Assembly (NCBI GenBank): GCA_900088475.1
Contig: FLMG01000265.1
Location: 248,001 to 312,000 of the forward strand
Source: Hyphochytrium catenoides
Taxonomy: Eukaryota > Protista > Hyphochytriomycota
Reading direction: 5' to 3'
DNA: 64,000 nucleotides
Shown here: positions 53,101-64,000 of the stretch, one piece after another
Numbering within the stretch: the first letter of the stretch is position 1
How the letters are laid out: each line of letters begins with the position of its first letter
Program-made: the position numbers and the translations under genes
Notes under the pieces: model-generated
What the model saw: the letters and a program-made list of their open reading frames with translations, nothing else
Database searches by the model: none
What the model was told of the DNA's origin: nothing

Positions 53101-55756
53101 CCAGCAGATCCTCAGTCTCTCGGAAGCCAGAAGAGATAGAGAACTAGGGAGAATCTCGCAACAACTAAGAGAAATGAGAGCGGAGAGTGAAAGGAGGGAA
53201 TCGGATCTAAAACGGACGGTAAGAGAAGACGAGCGGCCTAAGATCGAGCGAGGCAAAGAGGATCATGGACAGAGAAGACGCCAAGCGAGAGTTGAGCTCT
53301 AAGCTCGCCCGTAGTGAACCGTGTTAGGGATATTAGATAGAGAAAGAAGCCACAGGGCCTCGTCTTCATCGTAGCGCTGCGCACAATGCTTGCTTCCGCA
53401 TAAGGGCATTCTTCTTCGTTTCTCCTTCTCTTTCTTCCTTTTCGTTCTGACCCTTTCCGCTTCTCCATGTTCTGCTTCCTTATCCAGTTGGAAGAAAAGC
53501 AAATGCTGAAGTTAGCTTTGGACAGCTTGCAGAAAGAGGTTGAAACGCAGAAGGCACTTTTGAGTGGTGCAGTCTGCGCTCAAGAACAGCGTGAGGAGGA
53601 CGAGAAGAGGCATCGAAGAGTCAAAGAAGAGGCAGAGACTCTGAGAGCGGAGCTCTGCAAAAGCCAAGGAGAGAAGCTGTCCTTTCTATCGGAGAAGAGA
53701 AGTACGGCTACCTCCTCTTAGCTATTCATTTGTCCTTCTAGATCACGACGCTTCCCGCTCTTCCTCTAGCCTTGACGGTCCCACTGCCTCAGAAAACTAA
53801 CTCTACCTCCGCTGATGGACTTAAGTTCACGTTCTTCCTGTTAATCACTGCTGCAGTATAGAATCTGTTACCCTTGGACTTTGCGTGGTCTCAGTCATAC
53901 CTCTCTTTTCCCTCTCTTTTCCCTCTCCTCATAATTTTGCTACAAGTTAGCACCTTGACTTCCCTATTTGGCTCTTGATGTTCTCTTTTCTAAAAGTTAC
54001 GTCGATTTCATCAGGTCTTCAGCAGCAGCTAGATGTCATCAGAAGAGAGAACGAAGCGCTATCTTGCTCTCTCAAAGAGAAAAGCAAGGCTTTGGAGAGA
54101 GAGGCAGAGCAGAGCGCGTCGCTTATGCACAAGCTCTCATTCTTTGAGTTAACTTTGAATGAACTCTCGAAGTATAAAGAGAAGGCAGCGCACTTTCAGC
54201 AGGCCCTCGCGCAGGAGGAAGGAGAAAGACTGAAGCGAGAGAAAGAGAGAGAGGTAAAACCTTTTCCACTGTTCTAGTACATTGTATTTCCTCTCTTGCG
54301 TAGGTATTTGTCTGGTCCTCTCTTTTGTACGGACCTTCCCGTTTGTCTGTGGCTCACGGTGAGCACCGCGGCGCTGACTTGTATGTGCTTTAGGAAAGAG
54401 AAAGGGATAAAAAGATTGAGGTAGAAACAACTCTTGCCAAGCTCCAGCAAGGTAATGATGACCTGCAAGCAAAGGTTCATAACCTTCAGACGACGATAGC
54501 TCAGCTGGAATGCGAAGGCTTATTACACAGCAAGAAGGAGCAAGAAAGGGAAAGTGAACAGTTGATGCGAGAGCAACAAGAAAGAAGGAAGAGAGAAACA
54601 ATAGAAGCGGAGCTAAGAGACGCGAATGCCGCCCGGGAGGAGACAGAAAAGCAGCTACGGGAGAAGACACACTGCCTCTTAGACAGAGAAGAGGAAGTGT
54701 GGCGGCTTAGAGAAAAGAATGCTAGATTGGAGCGGGTGGCAATCGCTAACGATGATGCACTGCAGAACCTTAAGCAGGTATGTCAGAGAGTACCATGTGC
54801 CGAGATGTGAAAGGTTCAACCCTTCAGTCCTCAATGATTCACTTGCTTCATCAGTGGGTCTCTTTCGGCGGTCCTTGAATGCCTTTTCTATTTCACGGCG
54901 CAAATTATAATGATCGCTCTCATCCTAACATATTTGGCTGGGTCTACCATGTAGATGCAGGAGCAGAAAGCTGAGCTGGAGCTACAGAAGAAGTACTTGG
55001 CGGAGGTTACCAGCATGATGAATTCCCGGCTCAAGTTGCAGCTCGAGCTTCTTGACCTATGTCCAGATAAAGAGCGGGAACGGGGCGGCTGGGCTGCGGG
55101 AGGATTGAGTGCCGGACCTCCCCCACGCCCAATGCGGAGAGTGGGACAGACAGATGAGGAGTGGAGGCGAACAGAGGCGCGATGGCAATCCCTGCAGGTA
55201 AGCATACCCCTTCCCGTCCGACTGTCCTCTCCCAGTATAGATGATTGTTCGGCTGTCCATATGGGTCATGCTCGCTGTATGCGCCTCCATTATGTCTTCT
55301 TCTGCTCTTCCTCCTGTCAGACGTTGATAGCTCCTTAACTCTGCTGCCAACCTTGTGCGGCTGTTAGGCTGAGATCAGCGAAAAGAACCAGAACCTTGTC
55401 GCTATGAGCAGGAAGCTCAACGGACCGCTGACTTCCTCTACACCTCAAGGTAAGAGCTAAAGTTAAGCCTCTCCTACTATCTATCCCAGCTGCTAGCTAT
55501 GTGAGCTCTCATGCTCACAGATTGCGGCTTGCTTCGTCCAGTCCCTGAAGAAGAACAGATGGAGCACCAGGGTGGTACAAAATGGGAGGAGAAGGAGACA
55601 GAGAAGCAGGAGCAAGATACCTATTGTACAGCTTTACGTCAAGAGATGTCTGCCATGCGTGATAGCTACGAAAAGAGACTGCAGAGTTATGAGGAGGAAC
55701 TACGAGTTTGCAGACAGACCATTGCGGATCTTAAAAAAATGGCCGCGGTGCGGTAG
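50137..55756 (+). CDS. Large coiled-coil protein of unknown function
   Basis: About 11 GT-AG-joined, E/K/R/Q-rich heptad-like exons with compatible phases where checked: 50137-50177, 50498-50643, about 51143-51364, 51728-52848, 53011-53218, 53488-53701, 53997-54253, 54394-54777, 54955-55197, 55368-55449 and 55542-55756. Confidence 0.75.
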
Positions 55757-56004
55757 GCCCAAGCTGCTTGGCCAAAGGTCTCATAAATAATAGCTATTAC
55801 ACATTAGCAAAGGTTGGAACCCGGCAGGTCTGAGGATATGGCAGGTCCGGGCTAGTATAATGAGACGCTGTAAAGATTCCCGAAGCAGCCTAAAAGCTCC
55901 AGAGTTAAAGCAGCACAACTAACTAAGGTCACTATGTACACTAAGGGCACAGAAGAATGAGTGGCCCATCTGAGACGAGAAACTATTGAAGACTAAGGAG
56001 ATCG

Positions 56005-58979
56005 TTATCCTTCAATCTCTTTCCGGATAGTTTCGTTGAACTGCTTCAGCCCAACCAATACGTCTTTCCATTGTTGCTAGAAAGATTGAGGAGAAGGTGG
56101 TTGAGCCAAAATGTTAGTTGTCCTGACTTGAGCAAAAAGACTCACCAGCTGTATCCTCCCCTTCTCGCTATCCGCGGGAACGGTTTGCTCTTCAGCTTTC
56201 CTAAGATCTTTGAGTGGCCCCATCGAATTTACTAAAGCAAGAAAGTCTCCGAGTCCCGTTAGGTCGCCTCTGTCAGGAAGCCCGATTGAGCTGAAAGACT
56301 CGACAGCAAATGGCAGAGCCTAGCAATAAGGGTTAGAGGGGGCGCGGAGCGCAAAGCAGACTAGTCAGTCGAAGAGCACACCTCTTCCTCGAGGTCAAGC
56401 TGAGCGCGATTTTCCTTTCTCCAGCTTGCGGGTTCACTCTGACTTGGGCTCATCCAGAATGGCTTGGGCAGATCTGTGGCAAAGGTCGGAGGCATTGGGT
56501 CACGCATAGGAAAGCAGGAAGCATCGCATAGAGGTAGTTTTAAGACTCCAAAGTCAATGCAAATAGGCTTCATCAAATCGTGAACCGCTATTTACCTTCT
56601 CGATGCGATAGGGTGGCCCTATAAGAGCTGCTAGAGAGGGAGGTGCTCCTATCAGAACGAGTGGAGCCAATTCCAAATACACTTTGGAAGGACGCAGGGT
56701 TTGGCACGGGGCCTTGGCCTGGAGAGGTCTCCAAGGAAGGACGCGGGGATGGCGAGTAGATGAGGTTGCTCGACTGCGAAGTAAAAGGTGGTGAAGAGCC
56801 TAGTACGGTAGGACCATTGAGTGAAAGAGGAGAGGGATGGGTTTGCGCTATGCTTGGCGAACACGAGAATGGTGGAGTCTGCTGAACAACAGGAGGAGAA
56901 GACCCGATGGGGATGGCTCTTGTGTGTGTAGAAGGGCTATTTGTCCTCTGGGTTTCATCCAATTGTGCTCCGTTCAATACATCAGTGACCTTCCCTGTAG
57001 CCCTGTTTTGAGCGTCATCAGAAGTGGAAGCACCGTCCTCTAGGTATAGAGGTTCAGGGGATTCCGGAAAACTTCGAGGGAGGGGAGCTGAAGTTCTCTT
57101 AGGAAGAGAGCTCCCTCGGGGATGCAATGGGGGTGAGCGCATCAGAGACCTCTCTGAGCCCAGCGATCCGGCTTCAAATTTAGGATAGCTTTCTCCTCCA
57201 CCAGGATGCGCTGCGTGATTAGTATAACCGAAAGGGTTTGCAAGAGGCGTGTTGTTCCAAAGCCCAGGAGATCTGGATAAGGGGTCATGGGATTTGACAT
57301 CAAGACTTTTAGCATGGATCCTGCTATCGCTGTGTCTAGGAGCCAAGTTGCCCGCTGAAAGCCTAAATTGCACTCGAGTCGCGTCGTCAGCAGAAGTAGA
57401 GGGCTGTCTGCCCAAAGTCGGTATCGGCAGCTCATTGTGAACGCCCGATGGCGCAGATTTGGGGATTTCCATAGGACTTGACCGATTGCTGTACGTCTCC
57501 AGGGATGGGCTTGTGCCTAGGCGAGGATGCTCACGGTAACCTAATCCTTGACCTTCATCATAACGCCCTGGCAATGCAGAATCTTCCGCTTTGTTGCTGA
57601 CAGAGGTGTGGCTTCTACCTTCTCCATCATCTTCGTGGCTTGATGGGGAGACCCTCGATGGTACATAGTCTTGAATAATGACGTTGGTAGAGATGAGTGG
57701 GTACTGAGGCTGCACCTCAAATGAGCAATCTCTTCTGTATTGACATACGAAGACAAGATTGCCATATGGTGCTTCGATGATAGGAAAACCATAGGAGGAG
57801 ACAGCAACGTCGGAGCTAAAGCTCAGCTGAGAGACGTTTTGAATTCGCCCAGCGGCTGCTGTACCGGCAGTTGGTGGGCCGTTATCTCCCGCAGCGTAGA
57901 GAGCATAACCCATACAACCTGCCGAGGGCGTCCCCTGCGAGCTGCGAAAGAGGCGATAGGCAGGTAGCGTTCTTGCAAATGTGAAAGCTACCCGTAACAT
58001 GACCCCTATTCTTTTGCAGACCTATTGAATGTACGATCGATGAAAAAGCAAGCGTCAGCGCCAAAAGGCCAAACCATAGCATAGCAGAGTGGTGACAGTA
58101 TTGACGAGTAGTAGTAAAGAGAGAGAGCTTGAAAACCATCATGAGACGGACTTATGGCGGAGGAAGGAATCAAATTTTTAGAGGCAAGAGCTAGCACAAA
58201 CGGGATATGATCTCAACCTGTCGAAGCTGCGCGATGACTTTATCTGGGTTGGAAGGCTCCCGCTGATTTCTAAACTGTATTACCCAACGCTCCAACAGAA
58301 TCTATTGACAAGGTACAGTTAGAGAACGAGTCTCTTTGGCTTTGAGAGTCAGGATGCTGCGAGCCTGACTAGCGTTCCGATAGAGAGAGAAAGAGCATAT
58401 ATCTCAGACCATTCATTGTCTGGTAGGCGGCTCAGTGATTTCCACCAAGTCGATGGCGTGCCTTACCGGTCGGCGAGTATCCTTCTTACTCCCATGTGAG
58501 CCATTGTAGTTCTTGGCACTACTCGGATCCCAGAACACGTCCAGGCAAAGAGGAGTATGGACGTCGCTCTTCCATCTTGACATTTTTCGGCGGATATAGT
58601 CGATCTCATCTATATCAAGATTGAACTGCATAAGGGTAAGAAAGAAATTAGGCGAGGCCCTGGAATAACTTTAACCTTGAATGCAGATCCTGTTATGGAG
58701 ATACAATGTCCATCAAAGATCACTTCTTGAGTGTGATCAAGCAACCTCAGCCGTGCAGAGATCGCATAGATGTACAGAGTAACGTACCCGCGCACGCCTT
58801 TGTCGGCTCTCAATGTCAGGCTGAAAGTTAACCCTTGCCTGTGTAACCACCTCCACTATCTTGAACAAGCATTCCACCACAACCTGCTCCGTCTTTGTTC
58901 TTCCGGAGGCCGGATCCTTACCACTAACGCTTACGAAGGAGGAAGAACTAGCTCTCCGATGGGTTCCTGTGTAGGACAT
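56005..58979 (-). CDS. ATG13: Autophagy-related protein 13 (N-terminal HORMA domain, S/P-rich disordered region, C-terminal ATG1-binding region)
   Basis: KTEQVVVECLFKIVEVVTQARV...RFNLDIDE...ILLERW...VMLRVAFTFARTLPAYRLF. The C-terminal EEEALPFAVE and GDFLALVNSMGPL resemble the conserved ATG13 C-terminal motifs. Confidence 0.88.
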
Positions 58980-60262
58980 GATGGGCCCTGTCAAATCACC
59001 AAATCTACGTTGCCTGACCAGCAGCCAATATGATGCTATGCTACTGATATGTGAGCTGTTGCCTCAGCCCATGTAGACCTTTGATCTGAAGCTTCTGGAA
59101 TACCAAACTTCTAACCTCCTGGCCCTAAATTCTTAGTGAGTACCATAGAATCTACGACTTCACTGCAAGCTCATCGATCAGCTTATCTTCCATCGGGGCC
59201 CTTTCTACGACTTTTGCGAATTTCAGAGCTTCATCTGCACATGTCTGCATGTCCACAGTGTTTTATTGTTGAAGAGCGGCGACTAGAGAATGATTTCCAA
59301 CAAAGAATGATTTTCGCCAGTTTGTGACTCCATTTTCGCCGCAAATAATTTTCGGCCCCAGCATCCGCACTTTAGAGCGCACATATGCGCATTTATCTCC
59401 TAGGCAGTGACAAAAGCAATCATTCCTGAGGATATGCCGCTAAAGCATGGGACTCTCTGTGTTGCTGATGCGTATTACCCAAACATTCGCCAGTGAAAGC
59501 CTGGACTGGCAGATAACAAGAAACTTGTAACGCCTGGTCTAATTCTGAATACCGCAGCTCTTTCACACCTACAGTGGCTCACTCAATTGGGATTCCCAAG
59601 GGTTATTCCGAATGAGATGATTATGACCTACACTTCCTACCCTAATCTTACAGGTGCGCACTAGGCGTTGAGACCAATCCTTACCCACCCATCCTTGTTG
59701 ACAAACACAACGGGCTTGTCCCCCTAAGAGTTTTCTTTAGGTTCTATTCCAGCTCCAGCCTGCCTGACAACCCAAGGGGAGGGCCCATAATACCAAGGTT
59801 TAGTTAGATTCTGGGGCAATTTTTGGGCGGATCCTTGGCATCCTCTCTCCTTCAACATGAGATGTGACCTCTCATCAACTCTAGAGCATGGCTTCTCGGG
59901 AAGAATGTGAGTGAGCGATGGAAGCAGTTGATGCTGGCGAGGAAGAGTGCAAGCCAGAGCCCCCGTGACTTGTGATAATAAGCCCGAGTTTCACTCCGGA
60001 GAGATATAAGTAGAGTGCCCCTAAAATGATCCTGATGTCGTTTCGTGAAGGGAAAGAGAGCCAACAGGAGCCCCCGAAGATTGGAAGGAGTAGCAGCTGA
60101 GCCGCAGGGCAGGGCCAGGCAAGGCTCAGGGGCGGGGCAGGGAGAGGAAGAGGCGAGTCAAGCAGCTCCACTTGCAGGACAAGAGGGAAGAGGTTGGGAT
60201 GACCACCAGCAGCCAGACCACGGCAGGGAGGAAGAGGAAGCACGAAGGAAAGACCGAGGAAG

Positions 60263-60301
60263 GAGAGAGAGAGAGAGAGAGGAAGAGAGAGAGAGAGAGA
60301 G
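60263..60301. repeat. Interrupted (AG)n microsatellite
   Basis: Visible dinucleotide run. Confidence 0.85.
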
Positions 60302-60954
60302 GTGAGTGTGTGTGAGCGAGAGAAAGACGCCTAATAGCGAGGAGAATGGTATGAAGAAGACGGTTGAAGGGTGAGTGTGAGCTAAGCCAGGTTCGTTCTT
60401 CTTCTATTCTTTCCTGTCGTGCTCCTCGCCTGCCCGTGGGACTGCGGTAGCCTTCCTCCTCCATCAGCCGCGCGATTGGAGCCATCGGTCCATGTGTTCC
60501 TGCGCAACCGATTGATCGCCGCCACCTGTAGAAGTGGTGTTCTCTCTCTCGGTGTATTCTCCCTCTTCTTCACTTATCGGGAGCCCCTGCATCCTTCTAT
60601 ATCTCTCCTTTTACCTCGCACAAGTTGTGAGACTTATTGTTTGACTGGCAAGTAACGCATCTCGCTCATCTTCTCCCTCCTGTTGTCTACCTTCTTCTCC
60701 CGTCATGAGTATATCGGTGGTCTAATCCCAAACTAGAGATCTTCGAGACATCCACAACCCCTTGATCGACGAGGACATCCTGCCGTGACAGCCTCTCTGT
60801 GCCTCTACTTCCAAGAGGGACTGGCCTATCTGTCAGCGTGCTACCCTATCTGTCTTTCGGTCTTCTCCCGGCGGAGGTCTTGTTTACATTCATGTACCAC
60901 AGATCATCTACAGATCTTTCTACCTTTCCGCGCCGTTCCTCTAATGTTATCTAG

Positions 60955-63900
60955 AGGTTGGAAGAGCACCTTCGGAACTCCAATCGGCAACCTCAGAGAG
61001 CAACGACCGCCAACCAAATCCAGCAGAACGGAAGAATGACTTACCTTTCTCCAGTGGCTCCTCGGACGGTAAGGCATTGTCTCGTCCTCTTCAGTAGGAC
61101 AGGTTCTTCCTCTCTCATGTTTTCAGACCAGATTGCTCTTCACAAGTCCTGCTCAACATTAATAGTTGACCACCATTTTTGGAGTGGCTGATCGTAGTGT
61201 TGTCCTTTGTACTTCAGCCGCCGAGGACGCTTAGAGAAGCTCTGCTTGACAGCTCTTCGAGGGTCCGTTGTCAGTCGGTGAGCTACTTCTTCTACCAGAT
61301 TTATCTTTGAGGCCTCTGTATCTTAGCTGCCAGTATTCCTCCTTCTCCCCTAAACAAACCGCCGTCCTGTCACCTGGTGTCCTTCTACCTTCACTAAGTA
61401 TGTCTACCAGACAGTCAGTCCTGCTGTTGGCTCATTACCTAAGCTCTCTTCTAGCCGTCTTCCATCTATGCAGAGGCGAAGGATCATCTTTCATCCCCTC
61501 GTCGGGAGCGCCAGGTGTCCGGTCGTAACATCAAGAACACGTTACGGCTGACCGCGATGGAGCCAAACCATACAGGGGCCGACAATAATAACGAGTATCG
61601 TGTTCGATTGCATCCAAGACCCGTCCAGGTCGTGCTGGGTCACCCTGAAGGGCTCAAAGGAAGAGACAAATACCGTCAGGCGACTCCAGGTGAAGAGACA
61701 GAGTAACAGTGCAATTAGCTCCTCTTGCTCTTCTGGTAACCTTGCTCCCTAAAATGAAGGTTTTGCTTCGTCTTTCCTTGCCCGCTAGAGTGGCATGTAA
61801 GCACTCTTTCTGGCCACCGTCGAGTTGGTTCACGTTTTTGTCCAATTTTCTGAGATTCAAAGCGCTTGATTTTGCTTCGGTTCCCAGTCTAACCTGCTTT
61901 TCCAAGCAGAAGCAGAGGAAAACAACTTGTTCTACCCTGGAAGGAAGGTGCGATCACCCGCACTTAAGTCTCACTCGGTCTCTGACGCGCCAGAAGTAAC
62001 AAGAGAGCATTTCTCTCTTGACCTCACTCCTAAGCCTCTGTCCCTCGTCAAAAGTCTGTCAACGCCTGACTATGGAGCGAAAATGGTTGAGGAAAGACCT
62101 CCAACCAGGGAAGGTGGGGGAGACGTGAGAGCGCAACTGGAAAGGCTAAGTCTCGAGAAGGGAGCCGGAGGAAGAATAGGCTCCTCATTTCCTATCTCGT
62201 TAGAGGCACAAAGTGGGCTCAACTCGTTCAAGAAGCCTGAAACTGTTCGCTCCCATTCAGTGGGATCCACCTCGGTCTCAGTAAGGCCGATCTCCATCCA
62301 GGACTACGAGCAGGACACGCTTCCCATTTCTCCAGCCTCTTCACCGACGGGTACGGAGAAAGACAATCAGGCAGGGGACAAACGAAGAGATAGAACAGTA
62401 GCCAATTCGGAACCTAGGGCTGAAGCTGAAGGAGTGGGACCCGGAAGAAGAGACTACCCAAATCGCAGGCTGCCTAGCCAGAGGGTTCGCTTGGATGATG
62501 TGCGACAGCCTTCGAAAAGGTAAGTGCGTGAACTGCGATTAAACTTGTTCATTGCCTAGACGCGCTCGGTACAGATAGCGTATATTGTCTTTGTATCTTG
62601 ATTGTTGTTCTCACATCACCTCCTTGTCTAGGGTGTCCTTTGCCTGTACAGCTTAATCCCCTTATGTGCCAGGCAGTAGTAGGGGCTAACTTATCGTTTA
62701 TTATGTCTCAGCCCTCTCACCTTGCAACTGGACAGCCCGTCGGATCAACCTGGCACAAGCATATCGCAGCACCATTCAAATGGTGGGCGAGTGCCTTCCT
62801 GGACTGCCGAGGTGACAAGCGTTAGGACCCCGGTCGAGATCAGCCACAGACGAGGGAGATCTGGTTTAAGGCTCCAAGGGGTAAGAGGGACCTCTTTGAC
62901 GCCGGACCGGGACCCTCTTCTCCCCGACAATCAGGAGGAAGAGCTCCCACGTGCCTCCTCCTTCTCGTCGCCTTCGACATCATCTCTCTCTTTAGCCTCG
63001 TTGGCATCAAAAGAACCTCGAAGTCCTTCTAGAGGCAAAAGGGAAGCCTGGGTACAAGATAAAGCTGAAAACCCAACCATAGCAAGGATCCGTCTAATGA
63101 AGAACCAGAGAAGCAACAGTTTGGATTCAGGGTCCCCTGCAAAGCAGCAGAAGAGTCAACTTAAGTCGTCTGGTTCTTTTGGCTCTGTGAGGAGTGAGGA
63201 AAGAGAGAGCATTAGCGGAGGTAGCGATGGAGGAAGACACCAGTTCCCACTCTGGAAAAATAAGAGATTAGCAGACTCTCTCTGCCTTTCTGATGGTAGC
63301 GCATTAAGCAACCAAGTCGAACCGAGTACCAGAGCAGGTTTGCACATGGGAGAAAGAAAAGACCAAGAGGGAGATGAGCCAGCCGTGTCCGCCCTAAGCG
63401 GGGAAGGCAGGGATAAGAAGGTGAGGTGAATTCCCCGACGTCTGTTCATGCTGATGGTGCTAACATCCATCCTTCATGATACCTCTAGGGTTCAGCTGGC
63501 GAATGGCTTACCGATAAGAGGCAAAACTCTTTTTTCTCGTCTTCTGCCGGGGATGTTGAATGTCCACAAGAGAACAACAATCGCTCTCTGGCCTCTGCTT
63601 TGCAGCTAGCTGCGACTGAGACCTGCCGAAGCTTCCGGTGGAAGAAGGGAGAGTTAATCGGGCAAGGAACGTATGGAAAGGTACTGAGAAGATAGCTACT
63701 AAGTCTCTTCTGGTCTCTTCTAGCTCAACTATATATCGTCAAAGCTCAGTCTTCGCTGCTGTATGCGTTCACCATAACGCTCTCATCGCCGTCGTTGACG
63801 AAAGAGAGTATTATCTTCTCTTTGTCCCTTCCCTGTTGCAGACGCAATGGGCGCCTCGTTTCTTCTTCTTACTCTTCTCGATGCTGCTTGCAATAGGTCT

Positions 63901-64000
63901 ACAAGGGCTTAAATGAGGAAACAGGCCGTCTCTTTGCCGTCAAGCAGATTGAGCTGTCGCTGTGCTCTCAGGCCCAGAAGCAGCAGATTCGGACAATTCA
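60955..64000 (+). CDS. STE11/MEKK-type MAP kinase kinase kinase with long disordered N-terminus; truncated by the window end
   Basis: Splicing 63680|63897 gives FRWKKGELIGQGTYGK|VYKGLNEETGRLFAVKQIEL (kinase subdomains I-II of the STE11/NPK1 type). Upstream S/P/R-rich exons lie at about 61.5-63.4 kb. The start codon is unresolved. Confidence 0.82.

Noticed and set aside
56005-64000. ATG13 head-to-head with its partner kinase ATG1
   Set aside because: The kinase domain follows a long N-terminal region and has STE11/NPK1-type subdomains I-II (WKKGELIG...FAVKQ). ATG1/ULK kinases have an N-terminal kinase domain.

Overview
Gene-dense, roughly 50% GC eukaryotic genomic DNA with spliceosomal introns (GT-AG with CTAAC/CTGAC-type branch points), standard genetic code, CT/AG microsatellites and two assembly gaps. 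The organism probably has a flagellated stage (DNAAF1) and may be a stramenopile (inference from my recollection of oomycete ATG13, not tested). About 17 protein-coding genes can be built by hand: ZIP transporter (partial, missed by the ORF track), bacterial-type receptor nucleotidyl cyclase, Stealth phosphotransferase, orphan multi-pass membrane protein, DJ-1, RS-domain cyclophilin, CNNM/DUF21-CBS protein, a hypothetical protein, tandem-domain MAPR heme protein, DNAAF1, kinesin-13, SLC25A44-like carrier, ribokinase, a putative PP1 regulator, a long coiled-coil protein, ATG13 and a partial STE11-type MAP3K. I found no RNA genes, CRISPR arrays or intact transposons, and no convincing multi-gene novel system. 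The best single candidate is an intron-containing TM-sensor-TM-HAMP-PAS cyclase with the signature of the cyanobacterial Cya2 guanylyl cyclase, altered catalytic Asn/Arg residues and an insertion in its PAS domain. Also notable are a two-domain MAPR, a ZIP with a very long low-complexity loop, and a templated-insertion scar that copied the DJ-1 start codon upstream. Exon boundaries were derived by eye and several 5' ends are uncertain.
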